This document shows positions 40,926 through 50,532 of a stretch of DNA of 64,000 bases, piece by piece (positions within the stretch are counted from its first letter, which is position 1; each line of letters starts with the position of its first letter). The translations under genes and the position numbers were made by a program. The DNA is from Candidatus Bathyarchaeia archaeon (GTDB lineage Archaea; Thermoproteota; Bathyarchaeia; 40CM-2-53-6): NCBI GenBank assembly GCA_050013255.1, contig JBEKFP010000001.1, forward strand, positions 512,001-576,000, in the 5' to 3' direction. The notes beneath the pieces are model-generated. The model saw only the letters and a list, made by a program, of their open reading frames with translations, was not told the origin of the DNA and made no database searches.

Positions 40926-41836
40926 TTAGTCTCCAATACGATTTCTGCACCCTTCTTCAACAACGACTCCGCCAATTCCTCCCCAGCTTTCTCCGCGCTG
41001 GGATTATCTGAAACAAGTCGACCTCTCAGAATCAGCCTTCCGCTGGCAGCGGCGACCATTCCGTCGATTGCTAGCTTTCCATTCTCAAGCTTTGCATATG
41101 CAGCGATCGGGGTCTGACAGTTAGCTCCTAGCCTCTTTGCAAACCCGCGCTCAGCCTCAATTGCTCTGCGGGTTGGCCCGTGATCTAGCTTTGACAATAG
41201 CGTTCTGATTTCAGCATCATCTTCCCGGCTCTGAACCGCTAGGGCTCCCTGTCCAACCGCAGGCAGCATTACATTTGGCGAAAAAAATTCAGTTACTTTC
41301 CCATCAAGTCCAAGCCTTATGAGGCCAGCAGCGGCAAGCACAAGCGCGTCACAGTCACCCTTCTGAAGTTTCCGCAAGCGAGTGTCAATATTCCCGTTCA
41401 TCTCAACGATTTCCAGATCACCCCGCGCCGCGAGGAGTTGCGCTTTCCTCCTCACGCTACTCGTTCCAATTCGTGCTCCGCCGTCAAGCTGTTGAAATTT
41501 CTTGTTTCGGGAAATAAGAACGTCACGTGGGTTCACTCGCTCTGGGACAGCGGCTATCAGAAGGCCTGGCGGTATGTCGGTTGTAAGGTCCTTCATACTG
41601 TGAACAGCTAGGTCGACTTCACCTTGAATTAGTGAATCCTCTATTTCCTTCGTGAAGAGGCTCTTTCCTTCAACCCTAACCGTTCCGGTGTCGTGCATCT
41701 TGTCGCCTTGTGTCCTAATCGGGACAACTTCGCATCGAATATGTGGTGCAATCTTCTTCAGCGAATCAACCATTTCGTTAGTTTGCGCCAATGCGAGCGA
41801 ACTGCCCCTGGTTCCAATGCGCAAGTGTTGTTTCAT
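40922..41836 (-). CDS. hemC: Hydroxymethylbilane synthase
   Basis: IGTRGSSLALAQ, AVHSMKD, GTSSVRR and GANCQTP. Confidence 0.96.
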   Translation of the reverse strand: MKQHLRIGTRGSSLALAQTNEMVDSLKKIAPHIRCEVVPIRTQGDKMHDTGTVRVEGKSLFTKEIEDSLIQGEVDLAVHSMKDLTTDIPPGLLIAAVPERVNPRDVLISRNKKFQQLDGGARIGTSSVRRKAQLLAARGDLEIVEMNGNIDTRLRKLQKGDCDALVLAAAGLIRLGLDGKVTEFFSPNVMLPAVGQGALAVQSREDDAEIRTLLSKLDHGPTRRAIEAERGFAKRLGANCQTPIAAYAKLENGKLAIDGMVAAASGRLILRGRLVSDNPSAEKAGEELAESLLKKGAEIVLETK

Positions 41837-41891
41837 TGTTTGTTAGTTCCCACCAGAGTGAAATGCTGTGGAATATTTGCCATTGTTTTGC

Positions 41892-42494
41892 TCACATTCC
41901 GGTGCATTCGGAAGTTGGTCTCATTGCCCGAAGGAAGAAGTCAGAGAGATAATTTGCTGCCTCCGATGGTTTGTAGCTTCGTTTGAAGTGAATTTGCTGG
42001 AAGACGAGGCGATGCATCATACCAAGTAAACATTCAGCAGCCATTTTCGGGTCTGTTTCGCGGAATTCTCCGGCAGCGATTCCCTTTCGAATTATACGCG
42101 TTAGAAGAGATTGAATTCGGCCAAGCTCAGCCAATAAGGTGTTCCGTCCCAGCGAATCGAGCTCTGTCGAGTGCCTTACGTAGAGGCCGACATTCAATCG
42201 TTCCTTCGGGAAGCTAGTGAGGTACGTGTGAACGAATGCTCGGACTTGCGATGCCGGTTTCTTGGCCTTCTTATATTCATTATCTAATTGTGTGATGAAC
42301 CCTGTCATGCTCACGCTTTCGCGTACAACTGTATCGAACAGTGCCTCCTTGTTTCTGAAATAGTAGTAGATTGTGGGAGCTGTGACGCTAGCAGCCTTAC
42401 ATATGTCGCGGATAGCGACGTTGGAGAACCCACGTCTAGTGAAGAGCTCTTTGGCAACTTCCAATATTCTGTGTTCTTGGTTAGTCTTCGACAT
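41892..42494 (-). CDS. TetR/AcrR family transcriptional regulator
   Basis: ILEVAKELFTRRGF..IYYYFRNKEALF. Confidence 0.92.
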   Translation of the reverse strand: MSKTNQEHRILEVAKELFTRRGFSNVAIRDICKAASVTAPTIYYYFRNKEALFDTVVRESVSMTGFITQLDNEYKKAKKPASQVRAFVHTYLTSFPKERLNVGLYVRHSTELDSLGRNTLLAELGRIQSLLTRIIRKGIAAGEFRETDPKMAAECLLGMMHRLVFQQIHFKRSYKPSEAANYLSDFFLRAMRPTSECTGM

Positions 42495-42508
42495 TTCATT
42501 TATTCAGC

Positions 42509-43693
42509 TCAGAGAGATGGTGTCAAAGGAAATAGCTCAGTTCGGCTTCCATCTGGAATGTACGGACAAGCAGGGTCTTCCTCGAATGGGTCTCCGTATT
42601 CTGCGAAAGCTCTAGATCTAGAACCTCCGCAAATTTCTTTGTACTCGCATTTGCCACAACGGCCCTTCAAGTTGGAAGAATCTCTCAACGCGATAAACAG
42701 CGGACTCGACCGGTATATCGTTCGGAGATCCTCTTCGGGCACTTTACCCGCGCTGACCGGCAGAAAACCGCTTGGGTATACTTCTCCATCATGTGCGACG
42801 AAAACAATACCCTTCCCGTCCCGTGTGTGTGTTGACTTCATTGCTGGGGGGCTTGTAGGCGGTCCTTCCAGACCTTGTAACCTCGCACCGAGGCGACGGT
42901 GAAGTTCACCATTGGGCGGGGCCAGACCCTTCTGCCGTTCTATTCGTACCCTTCTGAAATTCGGACCTTCGGCTGTCCGCACGGGGATACCATAGTGTGC
43001 AGCGTCATAGAGAAAGTGCATGACTTCCTCGCATTCTTCAGGGTCGAGGATCTCAAGCGCCGCGCCTCGACCTGTTCGAATTAGAAAGAAGACCTCCCAC
43101 GCGACTGCTCCGGTTTCCTTGACGATATGAAAGATGTCCGCTAGCTCCTCGAGGTTGCTTCTCATAACTGTCGTGTTTATTTGCGCCCTCAATCCTAACT
43201 GTTTCGCCAGACGAAGCGATTGAATCGTTTCGCTCCATGTGCCTCGAATCCCGCGTAGGCGGTCATGAGTTTCTGGGGAAGCCCCGTCGAGGCTTACAGA
43301 CATTATGTCAACGCCGAGTTCCGTCATACGCGAGATTGTTGAGGCATTTAGCTTCGGTGTCACGCTCGCGGCGACTGCCACATAGATCCCTAGGCCCTTT
43401 GCGCGTTCGATTAAGTCGAAAAAGTCCTCTCGCATTATAGGGTCTCCCCCGGTCAAGAGAAGCGCGGGATAGGGTTCTCCGAACCCTGTGAGCTGATCTA
43501 TAAGTTTCAAGCCTTGCTCGCGATCGAGCTGCCCAGCCTTGGGTTTCCTCATGGCTTTGGCTCTGCAATGCTTGCAAGCAAGTAGGCAGGCCTTCGTAGT
43601 TTCCCAGCAAACAAAGATTGGAGCCTCAGATAGGTCGCCCCGCAGAGTCCAAGGAGGTCTCGTCATTTTCGGCAGCTCTGAATACAAGGCCAA
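42509..43693 (-). CDS. Radical SAM/SPASM protein, AhbD/NirJ-like
   Basis: WETTKACLLACKHCRA, TGGDP and C-terminal GRCGKCEYKEICGGSRSRA..DPAC. Confidence 0.9.
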   Translation of the reverse strand: MALYSELPKMTRPPWTLRGDLSEAPIFVCWETTKACLLACKHCRAKAMRKPKAGQLDREQGLKLIDQLTGFGEPYPALLLTGGDPIMREDFFDLIERAKGLGIYVAVAASVTPKLNASTISRMTELGVDIMSVSLDGASPETHDRLRGIRGTWSETIQSLRLAKQLGLRAQINTTVMRSNLEELADIFHIVKETGAVAWEVFFLIRTGRGAALEILDPEECEEVMHFLYDAAHYGIPVRTAEGPNFRRVRIERQKGLAPPNGELHRRLGARLQGLEGPPTSPPAMKSTHTRDGKGIVFVAHDGEVYPSGFLPVSAGKVPEEDLRTIYRSSPLFIALRDSSNLKGRCGKCEYKEICGGSRSRAFAEYGDPFEEDPACPYIPDGSRTELFPLTPSL

Positions 43694-43706
43694 CTAGGAT
43701 TCAGTA

Positions 43707-43726
43707 TATTTAACGTTCGTTATATA
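43707..43726. promoter_or_regulatory. Palindrome overlapping TATA box of hem operon; candidate TetR operator
   Basis: TATTTAACG-TT-CGTTATATA (8/9 IR), 14-33 nt upstream of the first gene start. Confidence 0.5.
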
Positions 43727-43853
43727 ATGTCAAAAGTAAACTTGAATTCTACTGCACCTTCAACCCTTGATTTTCCATTTGCCCTAATCTTGGCAACCTT
43801 GGGTGAAGCTTAAGTTCCGTGAGTGTTACGTGGTGGATGGTTTGGGAAAGAGC

Positions 43854-44627
43854 TTGACTTACCAGAATATCTTACTGAGCAAAGAGGGCAATGTGGGCAT
43901 ACTTCACCTGAACCGTCCCAAGGTTCTCAACGCACTCAACTCCGAGCTCATGGTCGAGCTAGTAAGTGCCCTCGAAGAACTGGACAAGGACCAAAGCATT
44001 CATTCCATGATTTTGACCGGAGGCGAAAATGTCTTTGCGGCTGGAGCAGACCTGCGTGAGATGGTTGAGGCCACACCGGTTGACCTCGTGCTTGGCCGGC
44101 GCTTTGAACTTTGGGATCGCATCAGAAAGATCTCAAAGCCAATCATAGCTGCAGTAAGCGGTTACTGCTTAGGTGGAGGAAATGAGCTGGCAATGAACTG
44201 CGACATTATCATAGCATCGGAAACTGCAACCTTCGGTCAACCGGAAGTCAACGTAGGGATCATGCCGGGCGCCGGCGGGACACAAAGGTTAACGCGTGCT
44301 GTTGGGAAGTACAAAGCTATGGAAATGATACTAACAGGCAAACCGATTTCAGCTGAAGAAGCATGCCGGGCAGGCCTCGTTAATCGCGTGGTACCGAAAG
44401 AGAGTCTGATGGATGAAGCAAAGAAAATTGCCAGTGAGATCGCCTCCAAGCCCACAATATCAGTTAGAGCAGCAAAGGAAGCGATATCGAAAGCGCAAGA
44501 CACGACACTAGAAATAGGATTGGAATTTGAACGCAGGACCTTCTATATGTTGTTTGCAACTGAAGACGGCAAAGAAGGCATGAGAGCGTTCTTGGAAAAA
44601 AGAAAGCCCGCTTTCAAGGGAAGATGA
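43854..44627 (+). CDS. Enoyl-CoA hydratase (PaaF-like)
   Basis: FAAGADL, GGGNEL, GQPE and PGAGGTQRL. Confidence 0.92.
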   Translation: MTYQNILLSKEGNVGILHLNRPKVLNALNSELMVELVSALEELDKDQSIHSMILTGGENVFAAGADLREMVEATPVDLVLGRRFELWDRIRKISKPIIAAVSGYCLGGGNELAMNCDIIIASETATFGQPEVNVGIMPGAGGTQRLTRAVGKYKAMEMILTGKPISAEEACRAGLVNRVVPKESLMDEAKKIASEIASKPTISVRAAKEAISKAQDTTLEIGLEFERRTFYMLFATEDGKEGMRAFLEKRKPAFKGR

Positions 44628-44897
44628 ATGAAATCGACTAGTATCCTAGAAGCCGCTTTTATCTCGACAGGCATTGCCTTAGTGGTCTTGCTGGTCGGTT
44701 TAAATTGTTTGCAAGGTTCGGCGGGGATGAAATTATTTGGAATTCTCGAATGTGATTATGGCCTCACGTCTGCTGATTTTCGCGTGAAGATAGGCGCGAC
44801 AGCCGTGTTTGTGCTCTTTCTAGCATTGCTTTTCGGTCCGATTCTAGCTGTTCTTCGACGGTCTGGACACATTAAGCGCTCAAAACGCTCAGATTAA
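44628..44897 (+). CDS. Small two-TM membrane protein
   Basis: Two hydrophobic segments; ATG directly after the upstream stop. Confidence 0.5.
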   Translation: MKSTSILEAAFISTGIALVVLLVGLNCLQGSAGMKLFGILECDYGLTSADFRVKIGATAVFVLFLALLFGPILAVLRRSGHIKRSKRSD

Positions 44898-44942
44898 TTC
44901 TTGGCTGAGGAATAGAAAACGACGACTCAAGCCTATCAAACA

Positions 44943-45722
44943 TTGCGCTATGAAAAGTCGGACACCATCGCTACCATAACCCTGAATCGACCTGACGTGC
45001 TTAACGCGGTGAACGAAACGATGGGCAAGGAGCTACTTGATGCGCTCCGCAGCGCTGAAAGGGATGATGAAGTTCATTGCCTCATCATAACGGGAAACGG
45101 GCGTGCCTTCTGCGCAGGAGAAGACATTCAAGATTTGCGCGGGCAATACGAAAGGGGGGAGAATCCGAAACTCGGAGAGAGGCTTCTGCTCAAGTACAAT
45201 CCAATCATCCGGCAAATTCGCCGCATGCAGAAACCGGTAATCGCAGCAGTGAACGGCGTCGCGGCAGGGGCAGGAGCGGGAATAGCCTACTCATGCGACA
45301 TTCGCATCGCTTCCGACAATGCCAGATTCCTGCAAGCCTTCATCAAAGTTGGACTTGCACCGGATTCAGGAACCAGCTTCTTCCTCTCAAGGCTCGCGGG
45401 ATTCTCAAAAGCTTTGGAACTATCTCTAACCGGCGATGAACTCACGAGCAAGGATGCAGAACGCCTCGGATTAGTATCCAAAGTCGTCCCCGCAGAACAA
45501 CTGATTGGGACGGCGCGAGAGCTAGCGACTAAATTGGCACAGGGGCCGTCGAGGGCGATTGGCCTTACCAAGCGGGCCCTCAACAAGTCAATATCGAGTG
45601 ACTTGGAAACAGTATTGGAATACGAAAGTTATCTGCAAGAGATAGCTGGAGCAACGGCCGACCATATCGAAGCGGTTAGGGCTTTCTTTGAGAAAAGAAA
45701 GCCGCTGTTCAAGGGGAAATAA
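44943..45722 (+). CDS. Enoyl-CoA hydratase/isomerase (PaaG-like)
   Basis: AFCAGED, YNPII, NGVAAGAG and QAFIKVGLAPDSG. Confidence 0.9.
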   Translation: MRYEKSDTIATITLNRPDVLNAVNETMGKELLDALRSAERDDEVHCLIITGNGRAFCAGEDIQDLRGQYERGENPKLGERLLLKYNPIIRQIRRMQKPVIAAVNGVAAGAGAGIAYSCDIRIASDNARFLQAFIKVGLAPDSGTSFFLSRLAGFSKALELSLTGDELTSKDAERLGLVSKVVPAEQLIGTARELATKLAQGPSRAIGLTKRALNKSISSDLETVLEYESYLQEIAGATADHIEAVRAFFEKRKPLFKGK

Positions 45723-45730
45723 GTAGGGCA

Positions 45731-46717
45731 CTAAAACGGAGTAGCAATGGGTTCGTCCTTACGCACGTCGACCTCCACTCCTTCGAGATCTATCTCATGG
45801 ATAGCGGGAATAGGGATTCCTAATTTCTCTACTTGCTCTCTACGCCTTTCAATAGCCTTCAACCAACCCTTCGATTTCTCATCCAATGTTGGCACACCTA
45901 AACCAGAATCTCTCGCAACCCCCTCCATTTCCAAATCAATTTCATCGAAATCTTTGGGTAGGTGCCAAAAGATGGATATGGGCCTGTATAGTAAGGGAGA
46001 CAGGAATATGAAACCATGTTTCATCTGTCTAGTAATCATGAGCTTCTGGTCCTGTTCGAAATCCCTTGCGAGATTGTCTAAGAGAGACAATGTTCCTGCA
46101 AGATGACGCGACTCGTCGACCGTAACGTTCTGGAAGGCTTCCTTGTAGAGTTTGATATTCGAGAGTTCGCTTACGGTCTTGAAGATTAATTGGGCGCCTA
46201 TTTCGGCGAAGAAGAAACTTGAGAAGATCAACTCCAAGGGATATTTGTCCCATGCTTTCATGAACCCGTCCCAATACCGTCGTCCATTATCATACAACGC
46301 CAGGATATTCTTTAGAGCCCTCTTCTCGAAGTCTGTCGTGGCATTGTACTTGTATGGAAAGTTTGGACAGAGCTTGTTGCAAGCTCGCCTGCAGACCTCG
46401 TCATGCCTGCACTCGTCAAAAGTCACCGCGGCCAAGAACTTCTTCGTAGGGTCCTCCATATCGGACATAGCCGCCTTTAGCATTGCAGTTCCAAATGCCC
46501 CAATCCCTGACTTTTCGAAAAGCGCCAGTTTTGCCATCCAATACGCCTGCGCGACGCGCTCTTTCGAGTCCAACCCGGACGGGTCCAATGAATCCCAAGC
46601 TAATGTGACAGGGTTCCAATCTTGTACGAAAGATTGCTCATACGTGCGAAGTAATTGCTGCGTCTTCACTGTCCAGTTGCCAGGGAATATGTTCGGTTCA
46701 CCAGAAGATGTTGACAT
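45731..46717 (-). CDS. Ferritin-like diiron-carboxylate protein of unknown function
   Basis: Paired E...DExxH motifs: LFEKSG/DECRH and FAEIG/DESRH. Confidence 0.75.
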   Translation of the reverse strand: MSTSSGEPNIFPGNWTVKTQQLLRTYEQSFVQDWNPVTLAWDSLDPSGLDSKERVAQAYWMAKLALFEKSGIGAFGTAMLKAAMSDMEDPTKKFLAAVTFDECRHDEVCRRACNKLCPNFPYKYNATTDFEKRALKNILALYDNGRRYWDGFMKAWDKYPLELIFSSFFFAEIGAQLIFKTVSELSNIKLYKEAFQNVTVDESRHLAGTLSLLDNLARDFEQDQKLMITRQMKHGFIFLSPLLYRPISIFWHLPKDFDEIDLEMEGVARDSGLGVPTLDEKSKGWLKAIERRREQVEKLGIPIPAIHEIDLEGVEVDVRKDEPIATPF

Positions 46718-46877
46718 GCAGACCATGTTAGGGGAAAACGAGTGCGCCTTTAAGCATTCCGTAGAAAAGTGAGGAGGGATCCCGTTCAATTCTGTAGCTC
46801 AATCGTCTTCAACGAAGATTTTCTTTTCGCAGAGCTTTTCGAGGCGATGCACGATCGAGCTCCGTTCTAAGGAGGTT

Positions 46878-47120
46878 TTGAGTTCTCCAAACACACTATC
46901 CGTCATTCCAAACCTGACCTTGTTTGCCGCGCTCTTATCGAATAATGCCCTACTCGTGTGGACCATCGGGCTATGGGTAATCGCAGGTTTCGTTCTAATA
47001 ACACCGCAATGCATGATACTCATCTCTAGGATTTTCCTCGCCTACTCTTTCCACAGTGTGGGACCGAGCTTCATAACCACCGTGAGCGAAAAGGCGTTAA
47101 AGCAAATAGCCCCAGACTAG
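46878..47120 (+). pseudogene. Probable internal fragment of an APC amino acid permease
   Basis: PNLTLFAALLSNNALL..ISRIFLAYSF aligns by eye with PSPAFLISYITGNPIL..PTRNIFAWAF of 61734-63314. Confidence 0.5.
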
Positions 47121-47135
47121 TCAACGGACCAGCTC

Positions 47136-48092
47136 ATGAGCAAGAGAATACGGCTCTTCTTTGTAACAGACGTCCACGGCTCCGAGAAATGTTTCCGGAA
47201 ATTCGTGAACGCTGCCAAATTCTACGAGGCGCAAGTACTAATCTTAGGTGGAGACATAACTGGCAAAATGGTCATCCCAATTGTCGACCAGAGCAACGGT
47301 ACTTACAACTGTAGATTCTTAGGAAACGAATTAGTAATCAAGTCGAAAGAAGATCTCGATACCACGGTGAAGAACATCCGCGACGCAGGCTTCTATCCCT
47401 ACATGTCAAACCAACAAGAAGTTGTAGAACTCCAAGCTAACAAGGCAAAACTCGACGCGCTCTTTGAACGGCTTATGGTAGAATCCGTCGACAGTTGGGT
47501 CAAGCTTGCCCACGAGCGACTATCAGGCACAGACGTCAAATGTTACATCTCGCCCGGCAACGATGACATCCTCGCCATCGACTCACACCTAACAAACACA
47601 GGCGTCGTCTTCAACCCCGAGAGAAAAGTTGTGCAAATCGACGAGACTCATGAAATGATTACACTCGGGTACACTAATCACACTCCTTGGAATAGCCCAA
47701 GGGAGGTTGACGAGGATCAGTTGGAAGTAATGCTGGAAGAAATGTGTGGACAAATTCATGACATGAAGAACTCGATTTTCAACATACACTGCCCGCCGAT
47801 TCAAACAATAATCGACCAAGCACCGGCATTAGATTCAACCCTAAAGCCCATCGTAAGAGGTGGCCAACTCCAGATGACGGCGGCAGGGAGCTCAGCCACT
47901 AGGAAGGTCCTTGAAAAGTATCAGCCCCTAGTCGGAATACATGGCCATATCCACGAAAGTAAAGGCGTAACAAAGATAGGCAAAACAAGCTGTTTCAACC
48001 CGGGAAGCGAGTATACCGAAGGAATTCTGCGCGGCCTAGTAATCGACCTCGAAGACCGAAAGATAAAGAATTACACGTTTACTGCGGGCTGA
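47136..48092 (+). CDS. Metallophosphoesterase (Icc-related)
   Basis: TDVHG, GGDITGK, GNDD, HCPP, HGHIHE and NPGSEY. Confidence 0.9.
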   Translation: MSKRIRLFFVTDVHGSEKCFRKFVNAAKFYEAQVLILGGDITGKMVIPIVDQSNGTYNCRFLGNELVIKSKEDLDTTVKNIRDAGFYPYMSNQQEVVELQANKAKLDALFERLMVESVDSWVKLAHERLSGTDVKCYISPGNDDILAIDSHLTNTGVVFNPERKVVQIDETHEMITLGYTNHTPWNSPREVDEDQLEVMLEEMCGQIHDMKNSIFNIHCPPIQTIIDQAPALDSTLKPIVRGGQLQMTAAGSSATRKVLEKYQPLVGIHGHIHESKGVTKIGKTSCFNPGSEYTEGILRGLVIDLEDRKIKNYTFTAG

Positions 48093-48236
48093 ACTTGAGA
48101 AGAGAAAAATTCGAATGACAAACAGCGAAACAGAACTATAGGCCTTCGCAAACTTATTTGTGCCCACAAGTTCGCAATCTCTCCTCCGATAATCCTAATT
48201 ACGCTGGAAGACGAGCGTTTGTCCAGGTGTGCTTAA

Positions 48237-49601
48237 CTGACTTCTCTTCAATCGTTAAGCTACGAAGATGCCCCTCAAATCCGGGTCAAACCGCCAGGGC
48301 CGAAGTCGAAGGAACTCCTCGCAAAACAATCTGCCCTCGAGACTAGAGCTGTGATTTACACCAAAGCATTTCCTTTCGCAATAGACTCCGCTAAAGGTGC
48401 CACGATAAAGGACGTCGATGGGAACGTGTACATAGATTGGGTCAGCGGTATCAGCGTCCTTAACCTCGGCCATAACAATCCCGAGATCAGTGCAGCTGCA
48501 AAATCGCAGATGGATCGCATATGGCACTCCCTTGAGATCCCCACTGAAACCAGAATTGATTTCCTTGAAAAAATGCACTCCCTTCTCCCAGGAAATCTGC
48601 GAGGGCACGCGAAAATCCTGTTCACTGTTACAGGTGGAGATGCATGTGAAGCAGCGGTCAGCCTCGCCAAGTACGCGACTGGGAAGAGAACGATAATCGC
48701 CTTCGAGGGCGCTTACCACGGCGTCCATCAGGGGATTGTGGGCGCAACTGCAAGCCGGCAATACCTCTCGACCTCAGGGGCTATGAGGTATGGTGTGTTT
48801 CACATTCCATTCCCCTACCCATACCGGTTCCCCCTCCCCGTTGAACAGAAGGGCGATGAAGCTAAGGTTGTTCTGAGATATCTTGAACATCTGCTGACTG
48901 ACACTCATTCGGGCCTCGACGATGCCTGCGGAATTTTAGTTGAACCGATTCAAGGTGAAGGAGGATATATTGTTCCACCAAACGACTTCCTACCTGGGTT
49001 ACGAGAAATTGCCGATAAGTTCCAAATTCCCCTGATAATCGACGAAGTCCAAACAGGGTTCGGAAGAACTGGACGCTTTTGGGGATGTGAGTTGACAGAC
49101 ACATCACCGGACATTATGTGCGTATCCAAGTCAGTTGGGGCTGGCATTCCCCTCTCGTTCATAGCGCACCGTGACGAATACGATGCTAAGCTTCCTGAAG
49201 CATTTCACCTCGGAACATACAGAGGGAACCCAATTGCCTTAGCCGCCGGCTCTGCAAGCATCGATTTCATTAAGAAAACAAATCTGCTCAACAGAGTCCA
49301 ACAACTGGGAAAGAAAACCATTTCACGGTTCGACCAGATTGCAAACACGAGCAGCAGGATCGGAGACGTGAGAGGCGCAGGCTTTATGATCGGTAATGAG
49401 TTCGTGGATTCAAAGGAAACAAAGAAACCATCTAAGGAGCTAGCCGTAAAGCTGCGAAAAACCATGTTTGAGAGAGGACTTCTCATGCACACGTGCGGCC
49501 ACTTCGGAAACGTACTTCGCTTTATGGCCCCATTGATTATCAGCGAACAGCTACTCGAAAAGGGGCTCGAAATATACGCGGCAGCTGTGAAAGAAAACTA
49601 G
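48237..49601 (+). CDS. Class III PLP aminotransferase (GabT-like), apparently CTG-initiated
   Basis: PPGPKSKELL N-terminus; DVDGNVYID, EPIQGEGG, DEVQTGFGRTG and SKS. Confidence 0.9.
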   Translation: MTSLQSLSYEDAPQIRVKPPGPKSKELLAKQSALETRAVIYTKAFPFAIDSAKGATIKDVDGNVYIDWVSGISVLNLGHNNPEISAAAKSQMDRIWHSLEIPTETRIDFLEKMHSLLPGNLRGHAKILFTVTGGDACEAAVSLAKYATGKRTIIAFEGAYHGVHQGIVGATASRQYLSTSGAMRYGVFHIPFPYPYRFPLPVEQKGDEAKVVLRYLEHLLTDTHSGLDDACGILVEPIQGEGGYIVPPNDFLPGLREIADKFQIPLIIDEVQTGFGRTGRFWGCELTDTSPDIMCVSKSVGAGIPLSFIAHRDEYDAKLPEAFHLGTYRGNPIALAAGSASIDFIKKTNLLNRVQQLGKKTISRFDQIANTSSRIGDVRGAGFMIGNEFVDSKETKKPSKELAVKLRKTMFERGLLMHTCGHFGNVLRFMAPLIISEQLLEKGLEIYAAAVKEN

Positions 49602-49634
49602 GCTTGCCAGCTTGCCGCGAATGATTTGCTTGCT

Positions 49635-50411
49635 TCAGTGAAGGGTGCTACCGCCGTCTAGGACTATGGTTTGCCCGTTTAGGAACGAAGAATCATCTGA
49701 GCAAAGGAACGCGAGGGACTTTGCTATCTCGTCAGGCGTTCCGAAGCGTTTGATTAGGTTACCACTCCGTTCCTTTGCCAATTCTTCCCTGCTTAATTCG
49801 CTCACCCATTCTGTTTCGATATTTCCTAGGGCGACCGTGTTCACTCGAACGTAGGGCGCAAGTTCGAACGCCAAGGCTTTTGTCAAGCCTATGATGCCAG
49901 CCTTGGCAACTGTGAAGGCAAACCCTTTGTTATGGCCGCTCAATGCTGGTGTTGAACTCACGTTCACTATGACACCGCTTTTCTGTCGTAGAAAATGCGG
50001 CGCAACGGCGCGGGCGCAGAGGAAAGAGCCGAAAAGGTCCACATTAAGTGGCTTATAGAAGTCTTCAGGCGTCAACTCCATGAACGATTTGTTCCATTCT
50101 CCTCTTGCAGGATAACCGGCTAGGTTCAGCAGCACATCTACCTTACCAAACTCTCGGACAGCTCCGTCCACCATCTCTTGGACTTGACCTTGTGCCTCCA
50201 ACAAATCAGTGAAGTTCACATGAGCAAGGATTGTCTTCTTTCCCAAAGCTGCAAGCTTGTCAGCAACCGTTTCAGCTTCAGCTATCCTAGACATGTATTG
50301 CAAAACAACGTCTGCACCTTCACTTGCGAACTCAATCGCCGCCGCACGTCCGATTCCTCCGCTTGCTCCCGTGATGATGGCAACCTTGCCAGACAACCGC
50401 GACATAACCAA
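49635..50411 (-). CDS. SDR family oxidoreductase
   Basis: TGASGGIG, NVSS, FTVAK (Phe at the usual Tyr position) and GQTIVLDGG. Confidence 0.9.
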   Translation of the reverse strand: MVMSRLSGKVAIITGASGGIGRAAAIEFASEGADVVLQYMSRIAEAETVADKLAALGKKTILAHVNFTDLLEAQGQVQEMVDGAVREFGKVDVLLNLAGYPARGEWNKSFMELTPEDFYKPLNVDLFGSFLCARAVAPHFLRQKSGVIVNVSSTPALSGHNKGFAFTVAKAGIIGLTKALAFELAPYVRVNTVALGNIETEWVSELSREELAKERSGNLIKRFGTPDEIAKSLAFLCSDDSSFLNGQTIVLDGGSTLH

Positions 50412-50532
50412 CGCTCCTAACCCTGCATGAGCACCATAAGAGAGCTAAATGTCCCTCGTTCTCGGGGAGCACATTCACCTTGCGTCCAAAAAAGCGGCTG
50501 GGTGAACTTGGCGGCCCTAGCAACAGACTTAT

